Assembly: GCA_016791465.1 (NCBI GenBank)
Contig: JAEUWE010000216.1
Span: 1-17,589 of the forward strand
Length of the DNA: 17,589 nucleotides
Source of the DNA: Pseudobdellovibrionaceae bacterium
GTDB taxonomy: Bacteria > Bdellovibrionota > Bdellovibrionia > Bdellovibrionales > JAMPXM01
Direction of reading: 5' to 3'
Shown here: positions 1-6,685 of the stretch, piece by piece
How positions within the stretch are numbered: the stretch's first letter is position 1
Layout of the letters: each line of letters opens with the position of its first letter
The notes under the pieces: generated by a model
Database searches by the model: none
Told to the model about the DNA's origin: nothing
The model's input: the letters and a program-made list of their open reading frames with translations, nothing else
Position numbers and translations under genes: made by a program

Positions 1-32
1 GAGGCCTGTGATCGATCCGGGTGTCAGCAGTT

Positions 33-767
33 TCACGCAGCCTCATCAATGGGTGGTTGATCTGAGCGTTCGGCCGAAATGTCTAGGCTTCCTAGCCAGA
101 ATGCTCGGTGTGGAGCGGATGTTGCGACGTCGCGAATCATCTTATCCAATTGCAGATCGGCCATTGTCCAAGAGTAAACAATGGCCGGTGGCTGTGAGTG
201 GGCAAGTAGTATGAGGCGGTCATTTGCTCTCGTTCGAAAGCTATTGACTGAAACATTCACATTGCTATCGAGTCCTAGAAGTTGTCCAGGAAGAGGCGTC
301 AGTGGTGTTCCGTTTTTTTGCTCCGAACAATCGAGAGAGAGATCGGTTTTCGACTCAAGGGAAAGCAGAGTTTGATTCTTTCGTGCGAGGAGGACGTTGG
401 GGCCGCCAACCTGAACCCAGCAAAGCTCGTTGCCCGATAAGGTGAGAGCAAGTAGCTCGACGCCGACGTGGTATTCGTCGCGGTTGTCCTCTCGATAGAG
501 CATATCGTTAGCGAGGAGAGCTGCAATGCGTAGATTGTTTGCGGCATCAGAAAGGCATGAAAGTTTCGGCAATGGCGAAGTTGCCTCCTTGTCCTGGGAT
601 GCGAATGCCAGGAATTCCAAGACACGGTCGATCACCTTCCTTGCGCCCGATCGAGGGCCCCATGGAACTGCGACGATGAGTGTATTGAGCGACGCTTCGA
701 AGTGAACTTCGGGTGTCGGGCGAGGCTGTTTTCCAGAATAAGGCCGATGCTGAAAATCGAACTTCAT
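33..767 (-). CDS. PP2C-like protein, probably catalytically inactive (pseudophosphatase candidate); last gene of the FHA operon
   Basis: 244-aa ORF. Its ATG (767-765) overlaps the upstream stop by 4 nt (ATGA). By-eye alignment to bacterial PP2C (PrpC/Stp type) is colinear. LIVAVPWGPRSG sits where xxVADGMGGH is expected. VGVELLALTLSGNELCWVQVGGPNVLL sits where MGTTxVxxxxxGxxxxxAHVGDSRxYL is expected. DRLILLAHSQ sits where GDxLLLCSDGL is expected. The metal-binding Asp positions are not conserved. Confidence 0.55.
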   Translation of the reverse strand: MKFDFQHRPYSGKQPRPTPEVHFEASLNTLIVAVPWGPRSGARKVIDRVLEFLAFASQDKEATSPLPKLSCLSDAANNLRIAALLANDMLYREDNRDEYHVGVELLALTLSGNELCWVQVGGPNVLLARKNQTLLSLESKTDLSLDCSEQKNGTPLTPLPGQLLGLDSNVNVSVNSFRTRANDRLILLAHSQPPAIVYSWTMADLQLDKMIRDVATSAPHRAFWLGSLDISAERSDQPPIDEAA

Positions 768-2770
768 GTGCCCTGATCCGAATAGTTGCGAAGTTTCATT
801 TTAGACTTCAGATAGTATTCACCATCCGTCGTATCGCGATCCATGATTTGTCGCCACTTGCTCTGTGCTTCCTTCACTTGTCCAACGCCTTCATAGAGAA
901 TGGCGTCTTCGTACAGCGTACGCAGTTGTGAATTGAGTTCTTTCCTTACGCGAGCAATAAACTCCGCAGCCTTCTCGCTCTTTGGATCAAACTCTTTGGC
1001 GCGTCTTGCGCCCTCGAGGGCGTCTTTGAAGTTTCGACTCTGGTAGGCCGCGTTGGCCGACGCGAGTGCTTCATCGACTTTTGTTGCAAGCATTGACTTA
1101 ATTTTTACAATATTTTGCTGAGAGCGTGTTTTGAGTCCATCGGGATCCGGCATTTGCGATGCGATGTGCTTATTGAACGCGTCGATTGCCGGATACCACT
1201 GACCTTGTCGTTGTAGGGCAAGGGCTTTCTCATGAAGCTCGCGACCGCGATCAACTTTGTCTTGGTAGTCGCGATGTGCTGAGAGCTTTGATGTGCGTTC
1301 GCCAACTCGTTTTTCGACCCGACCGATCAAATCGATAACCAGGGGATTGGTGGGATCGAGTCCGATCGTGGGCGAAAGACACTGACGAATCTCATCGACA
1401 CTAAATGTGCGGTTGGCGATTGGATTGCATTGTTGAATATTGCGATCGATGATGCGTTTTTGTTCTTCCACACGTTTCTGTTCGGCCTCAATGAAGGCTA
1501 ATTTCTCGGCGTTGGCGCGCTGAGCGAGGCAGTCCTCCTCCATTGTCTTTGATCCTTCGTAACCTTCCGGTAGAATTTCGTGGAGTTTTTTGAGCTGCTC
1601 GTAGGCGTTCTCAAACTTGCCTTGCATGTAGAGATTGCGAGCTGTGACATAGATCTCTTTAATAGTCTGCTTTTGCTGTGCGGAGAGTCGCTCAATTCCG
1701 TTTCCGGGATCGTTTGTCTTGCTGCTCTTGTTGTCGGAGTCAGGGCCAAAAGCGGCATAGAGTCCGATGACCGCAATCGCAAGAATTGCGGCCAGACGGA
1801 TGGTTTTCGCTTTCGAGTTTTTCTTACTGCTGTCGGCTGACCATTCGGCCCCATAGTTGTCGATGCGAACCGCGCCGCCAGGTCCTTGTAGGACGGGATA
1901 GTTGATCATCTCGTACTGAGCGACCGGAGCGAGTGGTGCCGCGAGCACGTTTGGCGCAATCGCGACTAGGCGCTTTTCAAAATTCGGATCACGAACCTCA
2001 AAGTGGACCTTCAAGGCATTGACTGAAAGAACGTCACCGCTTTGTAGGAGGTGGGGTTCTTCGGGAATCAAAGGCGTGCCGTTGAGAACGGTGCCATTGG
2101 CGCTTCCGAGATCGGTGACAAAGTATCCTTCAGGAGTCGATGTGATCTCAAACTGTCGTCGACTTGCCTTACGGTCCGGAAGAAAGATGTCGCAAGTGTC
2201 CTCGCGCCCGGCGAGCCACTTCTTTCCATCAAGATCGATGCGCTGTTCACTTCCGCTGCTTTTCACAATTCGAATCGAAGGCCGTCCTGGGAGCGAAACG
2301 CCGACGTTGGTGGCATCATCATTTCCCTCAAATGAGGGCTGTGGATGTTGTGGCGCCGGAACCAGCGAGAGTGTGCCGCCAGGATGAGCGGGAGGCGCCG
2401 ACGGGGCGTCGTCAGCGAAGTTCTCAGCGCCGACGGCGGCAGACCGGCTGGTCGGAACTGCGGCAGAAATCGCGGACGACTCTTCGACGATACGGAAGTC
2501 ATAAGCCGCGACGTTGAAGACACTTGTTGGCGTGAGCTCAACCTCAGCCGTCGCTTGGCCAGCAACAATGATTTCACCGAACTTCGATAGAACGGAGGCC
2601 TTCCAGACGCCGTCGATTTCGGCGACTTTAAAGTGCTGTCGGGAGATTCCAGGTTGTTCTTGTAATTGGATGGCGCAACCATCGGCACGTCCGATGATGT
2701 ACTCCTCGCCAGAGCGCAACTGGATCGAAGCGATTTCCTTACCATGGAGAAAGGCTTTGAGGATTGGCAT
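764..2770 (-). CDS. Dual-FHA, single-pass membrane protein with a large C-terminal (predicted periplasmic) TPR-like helical-repeat domain
   Basis: 668 aa. FHA1 is about aa 1-95 (IIGRADGCAIQL...GISRQHFKV). A Pro/Ala-rich linker follows. FHA2 is about aa 165-260 (LAGREDTCDIFL...ASRRQFEI...DLGSANGTVLNGTPL). The TM segment is about aa 324-342 (IRLAAILAIAVIGLYAAFG). Helical repeats come next (ARNLYMQGKFENAYEQLKKL; ALALQRQGQWYPAIDAFNKH; AYQSRNFKDALEGARRAKEFDP). The ATG overlaps the upstream stop by 1 nt (TAATG). Confidence 0.85.
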   Translation of the reverse strand: MPILKAFLHGKEIASIQLRSGEEYIIGRADGCAIQLQEQPGISRQHFKVAEIDGVWKASVLSKFGEIIVAGQATAEVELTPTSVFNVAAYDFRIVEESSAISAAVPTSRSAAVGAENFADDAPSAPPAHPGGTLSLVPAPQHPQPSFEGNDDATNVGVSLPGRPSIRIVKSSGSEQRIDLDGKKWLAGREDTCDIFLPDRKASRRQFEITSTPEGYFVTDLGSANGTVLNGTPLIPEEPHLLQSGDVLSVNALKVHFEVRDPNFEKRLVAIAPNVLAAPLAPVAQYEMINYPVLQGPGGAVRIDNYGAEWSADSSKKNSKAKTIRLAAILAIAVIGLYAAFGPDSDNKSSKTNDPGNGIERLSAQQKQTIKEIYVTARNLYMQGKFENAYEQLKKLHEILPEGYEGSKTMEEDCLAQRANAEKLAFIEAEQKRVEEQKRIIDRNIQQCNPIANRTFSVDEIRQCLSPTIGLDPTNPLVIDLIGRVEKRVGERTSKLSAHRDYQDKVDRGRELHEKALALQRQGQWYPAIDAFNKHIASQMPDPDGLKTRSQQNIVKIKSMLATKVDEALASANAAYQSRNFKDALEGARRAKEFDPKSEKAAEFIARVRKELNSQLRTLYEDAILYEGVGQVKEAQSKWRQIMDRDTTDGEYYLKSKMKLRNYSDQGT

Positions 2771-3744
2771 TAGAACCGCCCCTCTTGAAGCACGTCACAT
2801 TCTTTCTTCATTGCCTCAGCCTGCTTGTACTTAAGGTCCTCTTTGTTGTTCATAAGTAAAAGCGCTTTCTCGAGCGCCGATGAACAGCGAGCGTACATAT
2901 TTTTTTCGAGATAGCGACGCCCTTCGAGCGTGAGTTGTGTTACGGACTCGTCGCGCTGTTTCTCGGCCAGCCTGTAGTAGCGAAGTGCAAGCTGATGTTC
3001 GGGGTCGATTGCTCGAGCCGTTTCAAAAGATCTCATTGCTCGTGAGTAGCTACCTTTTTGATAGTCACGAAAGCCTTCGAGATAATGTCGCTGGGCCTCT
3101 TCGTATCGGGTTTTCTCTTCCTCGGTTCTAAAGGTTCTCTTTTTTGCGGCCGTTGCGGTGCGGGCGTCGCTTTCAGAGATTTCTTTCTCGATTTCAGAAG
3201 TCGTCTTAAGCCCCTTATCGAGTTTTCTCGAAGTGCTGTCGGACATTCCAATATAGACCATGCCGCCGATGATTCCGGTCATGATGAGGTAGAACATACC
3301 TTTGCCGGATTTCTGAGGTCGGACGTTCTTGACTTGCGGTGTGGCGGAGTTCGCCGCGCCGCCCATAACCGAAAGTGATGGAACACCGGGAACGGCCTGT
3401 GGAGCAAGAAGATGCATGGCTTCGACAATGAAGGCGAGTTCTGACTCGCCGATGCGAATCATATCTCCGCCTTTGAGCGGCTGCTGCTCAGCATGCCGGC
3501 CGTTGACGGTCAGCTTTGCTTTACCACTAATGTCGTGAATAGTGATTTCTTCGGGAGTGAATTCGATCACGGCCGCATTTCGGCTCACGCGCGGGTCGTT
3601 GAGAACGACATTGTTCGATGTTGGATCACGGCCGATTGTGACTCTCGGAGGCAAAAGCTGATAGGTCGCGCCAGCATCGGGGCCACCGCGAACAGCAATT
3701 GTGAATTTGAATCCCGTACGAGGGATCGCCGGAGCCAAAGTCAC
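2770..3744 (-). CDS. FHA-domain single-pass membrane protein with a C-terminal TPR-like domain; shorter paralogue-like version of the 668-aa protein
   Basis: 324 aa with a GTG start at 3744. The SD GGAGGG is formed by the last codons of the upstream gene, 9 nt spacing. FHA is about aa 12-107 (VTIGRDPTSNNVVLNDPRVSRNAAVIEF...LTVNG...GDMIRIGESELAF). TM is about aa 149-167 (MFYLIMTGIIGGMVYIGM). TPR-like helices follow (YLEGFRDYQKGSYSRAMRSFETARAIDPEH). Confidence 0.8.
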   Translation of the reverse strand: MTLAPAIPRTGFKFTIAVRGGPDAGATYQLLPPRVTIGRDPTSNNVVLNDPRVSRNAAVIEFTPEEITIHDISGKAKLTVNGRHAEQQPLKGGDMIRIGESELAFIVEAMHLLAPQAVPGVPSLSVMGGAANSATPQVKNVRPQKSGKGMFYLIMTGIIGGMVYIGMSDSTSRKLDKGLKTTSEIEKEISESDARTATAAKKRTFRTEEEKTRYEEAQRHYLEGFRDYQKGSYSRAMRSFETARAIDPEHQLALRYYRLAEKQRDESVTQLTLEGRRYLEKNMYARCSSALEKALLLMNNKEDLKYKQAEAMKKECDVLQEGRF

Positions 3745-3750
3745 TACCGT

Positions 3751-5430
3751 TTACCCTCCACTTCTTTGCAGCACGACCAAATACCAACCGGCTTCGCCCG
3801 AGTGATTGAGAACGGCTTGGCCATTGATTTCATATTTCTCACCAGAGAAAGGGATCTCGCTAAAGGCAATTGATCCCATCTGTTCGCGCATTCGCGGAAG
3901 CAGTTCACGCAAGTTCGCTTGGAGCGCTGGATCTGGAACTTCGTTTACAGATCGACCAACGAGAGCACCTGCTGATCCGATGAGATGATCGAAAGCACTA
4001 TTAGTTGCGATGACGCGATCGTCGATGGCATTGATACTCAGTGCGGGAGTGTTCAACATGCGAACGACATTTGAGGCCTCGATGTCTCGATTGATGACAC
4101 CGCCACTGACGCCCCCGAATGCCTGGCCGCTGCCATTGGCGGCGCGGTTCAGCGCCGAGTTCACATTCGAAATCAGCTTTTCAAGCAGTGGATACTGATA
4201 GGGAGTTGCTAGATCATCGCGCCCTTCGCGAAGGGCATCGTTGAGCTGCGTGCTGAGCAGTTCGACTGGATGTTCGACGACACGGCTGAGAAAGAAAAAG
4301 AGAACACCGCCGAGCAGAGCTGCGACAAGGAAGATTTGCAGAAAGAGTCCCATGGTCTGTGCAGGACTCATCGCCATCGATCCCATGTCGTATAGAACGA
4401 CAGAATAGGCGGCGGCCTCTTGTGAGCCGGTGTCGGGATTGTAGCGCGAGATGGGAACCGCAACACCAAGTGTTGAGTCGCCTGTGAATCCATCGGTTTC
4501 TCGCTCTTCGCGTCGCGCTTGATTAACAAAAGGCATTTTGGCGAACTCGCCACGTTTATTGGCGGGCGCGAGAATTGTTCCGTCTTTATTGATGATAACG
4601 GCCGTTGATACGCCTTCTTCAAGTTCGGCCAGTCGAACTGTGACCGCCACCTCGTTTTTCTCAAGGATGGCTTGGCGGTTGATAGCGGCGAGGTTGCGGG
4701 CAATTGTTTTTGCCCGACGGATGCTTTCTTGGCGAATGCTCGACTTGGTCAAGGTCACCATCGGAATCGTCGCGACAAACGTCAATACAACGGCATAAAT
4801 AGCAATCAGAAGGAGTAGGCCCTGACGGTAATTCATGCGTTGAATAAGACTGTAAATCCCAGGCATAGCGACGTGATCAAGATAGAGTCGCAGATTCTCG
4901 AGTAGATCGAAGAGAGCGTTTCCGCTCGAAGCCACTCGGGGACGTGCATCATGTTCGACTTCAGCATGGACTTCTTGGGCGACCTGCGCGCTGGGATCTG
5001 GATAGGCTTGCGCAGCCATCGGATGCTGTTGAACGGGCATGGCGAGGGCGCCATTGCCAGCCCACGCCGGCATCGGGGCAAGACCATTCTGCATGTTTTG
5101 AACATGACGAGGATCAACTCCGGCCGGAAGCTTCAGAATATCAATAATGAGGTCATGAAATGTGAGCTTGTCTCCGGCTTGTAACTTTTGATTTTGAACG
5201 CGAAGACCATTAACGAACGTGCCGTTGCGTGAATTCATGTCGGTGATAATGACTTTACCATCGTCGGTGACAAGAACGGTCGCATGCTCTTTAGAAACTG
5301 CATTCGAGGCCAGTTTGATCTGACAGTTTGGGCTGCGGCCGATGACGTTGTATCCCACAGTGAGCGGCATGATTTGTCCGGCCTGTGGTCCGCTGAGGAC
5401 TCGGATGGCCCAGGTTTCACGACTCGACAT
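3751..5430 (-). CDS. FHA-domain two-pass membrane sensor-like protein (FHA / TM / periplasmic domain / TM / HAMP-like helix / PAS-like C-terminus) with no kinase or other recognisable output domain
   Basis: 559 aa. SD AGGAG lies 9 nt upstream of the ATG at 5430. A canonical FHA is at aa 6-100 (VIGRSPNCQIKL...AVSKEHATV...DMNSRNGTFVNG). A Pro/Gln/Ala low-complexity linker follows. TM1 is about aa 204-226, a loop of about 130 aa spans 227-358, and TM2 is about aa 359-381. An amphipathic HAMP-like segment covers 382-430. The C-terminal alpha/beta region 445-556 resembles PAS (ALSINAIDDRVIATNSAFDHLIGSAGALVGRSV...YEINGQAVLN...GWYLVVLQ). Confidence 0.8.
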   Translation of the reverse strand: MSSRETWAIRVLSGPQAGQIMPLTVGYNVIGRSPNCQIKLASNAVSKEHATVLVTDDGKVIITDMNSRNGTFVNGLRVQNQKLQAGDKLTFHDLIIDILKLPAGVDPRHVQNMQNGLAPMPAWAGNGALAMPVQQHPMAAQAYPDPSAQVAQEVHAEVEHDARPRVASSGNALFDLLENLRLYLDHVAMPGIYSLIQRMNYRQGLLLLIAIYAVVLTFVATIPMVTLTKSSIRQESIRRAKTIARNLAAINRQAILEKNEVAVTVRLAELEEGVSTAVIINKDGTILAPANKRGEFAKMPFVNQARREERETDGFTGDSTLGVAVPISRYNPDTGSQEAAAYSVVLYDMGSMAMSPAQTMGLFLQIFLVAALLGGVLFFFLSRVVEHPVELLSTQLNDALREGRDDLATPYQYPLLEKLISNVNSALNRAANGSGQAFGGVSGGVINRDIEASNVVRMLNTPALSINAIDDRVIATNSAFDHLIGSAGALVGRSVNEVPDPALQANLRELLPRMREQMGSIAFSEIPFSGEKYEINGQAVLNHSGEAGWYLVVLQRSGG

Positions 5431-5755
5431 AGAGTTGATCTCCTGGGTTGAGGGTTAGGGGCAGAGTGCCGGCCGCAACTTCAATGACGCTTGTGGCTTT
5501 GAGACGTGGCAACGTTACTCTCCATGGCGGCAAATTGCGGTAGACGTGAATAACGTGCAGCGAGCTATCGACAAAGACGGCGTCGATGGCGAATCGCATA
5601 AACCAAGTGTGGATTGAGTTGCAGCGTTTGATCCAGAGACCTTGATTTTCGGGTAACGAGGCGCGGCCGAGCAGACCCTTGCTTCGTTGTGCAAATGAGC
5701 TTGCGACTTCGAGTTCGCTCACGACCACGGTGCCATTGTGGAGAAGGCGCATCAC
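5417..5755 (-). CDS. DUF192 / UPF0127 (COG1430) family protein
   Basis: 112 aa. Family-typical motifs are present: A..F.QRSKGLLGR..L....GLWI..CNSIHTWFMRFAIDAVFVD...V......LPPWR......A..VIEV.AG......PGD. The start is either GTG 5755 (4-nt overlap with the tadC-like stop) or ATG 5752 (1-nt overlap, TGATG). Confidence 0.8.
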   Translation of the reverse strand: MMRLLHNGTVVVSELEVASSFAQRSKGLLGRASLPENQGLWIKRCNSIHTWFMRFAIDAVFVDSSLHVIHVYRNLPPWRVTLPRLKATSVIEVAAGTLPLTLNPGDQLYVES

Positions 5756-6657
5756 TGTCCACCTCCATAAATAAACTGCAGCGCAACCGGTGCGAAGACC
5801 ATGATGAAAACGGCCGGCAAGATAAACACGACGAGTGGAATCAGAATCTTCTGCGAAGCTTTGGCTCCTTCTTTTTCTGCGCGCACAAATCGCTCAAGAC
5901 GCATCTGTGCTGATTGATCCTTTAAGACGCGTGCGATGCTGACGCCGGTTGCATCAGAGTCGATCACGACGTTGACCAGTGACTTGATCTCGGGGACATC
6001 GCATCGATTGTCGAGGCCGCGCAGAGCTTCGGCTCTGGAGCTGCCGAGAGTGATGTCGCGCAAGACCTGGTTGAACTCGCCAGCCAAGACGCTGTCGGCG
6101 TTTGCCTTTTCAACAATAGCCTGAATGGCGCCTTGGAAGTCTTTTCCGGCTTCAACGGCAAGCGCCATGAGATCAACAAAGAACGGTAGCTCGGTGATCA
6201 TCGAGCTCTGGCGGTCAGAGCGCATTTTCTTTGCGTGCGAGTCCGGCATACCCCAGCCAATCAATGCGAAAAACAAAAATACGGGCACGGGATAGTTCAA
6301 CTGTAAGGCAAAGTTCAGCACGAGAGCGATGATCGGGAGCACGACACCCCAGAGCAATTTTAGTCCAATGAATTCGTCGACGTTGAGCTCGGCGGTGAGA
6401 CCTGACGTGATGAGCTTGTGTTCAATTTTTTTGCGCCACCGCGGATCTTTAAAGCGAACGGCATAGTGAATTGTAAATTGATGAACGAGCGATCTTGAGA
6501 TCTCAATGAGTTTCGACTTGGATTTTTCTGGTGCATTGCCCGAGGCCCAGGACAGCGCTTGCATTCCTTCGTCCTTCGCAAGCAGCGACGAGACAAAGAA
6601 ATACACCGACACACCTGTGACAAGGATGAGGACCATCGGTAGTAAATCACTTCCCAT
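5752..6657 (-). CDS. TadB/TadC-family (type II secretion system F domain) pilus-assembly platform protein; first gene of the operon
   Basis: About 301 aa. It has an N-terminal TM, a central TM pair, and a T2SSF-type helical domain (ELPFFVDLMALAVEAGKDFQGAIQAIVEKA...LGSSRAEALRGLDNRC.VPEIKSLVNVVIDSDATGVSIARVLKDQSAQMRLERF..AEKEGAKASQKILIPLVVFILPAVFIMVFAP). The track start at 6660 is TTG. I prefer ATG at 6657, which has SD GGAAGG 6 nt upstream. Confidence 0.8.
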   Translation of the reverse strand: MGSDLLPMVLILVTGVSVYFFVSSLLAKDEGMQALSWASGNAPEKSKSKLIEISRSLVHQFTIHYAVRFKDPRWRKKIEHKLITSGLTAELNVDEFIGLKLLWGVVLPIIALVLNFALQLNYPVPVFLFFALIGWGMPDSHAKKMRSDRQSSMITELPFFVDLMALAVEAGKDFQGAIQAIVEKANADSVLAGEFNQVLRDITLGSSRAEALRGLDNRCDVPEIKSLVNVVIDSDATGVSIARVLKDQSAQMRLERFVRAEKEGAKASQKILIPLVVFILPAVFIMVFAPVALQFIYGGGQ

Positions 6658-6685
6658 CAATCACCTTCCGTGATGTAAGAGAGAC

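Noticed and set aside
1498-2745. Several 80-160-aa ORFs on both strands inside the dual-FHA gene
   Set aside because: All are nested in or antisense to the 668-aa frame, which has two clear FHA domains, a TM segment and helical repeats. They are compositional artefacts.
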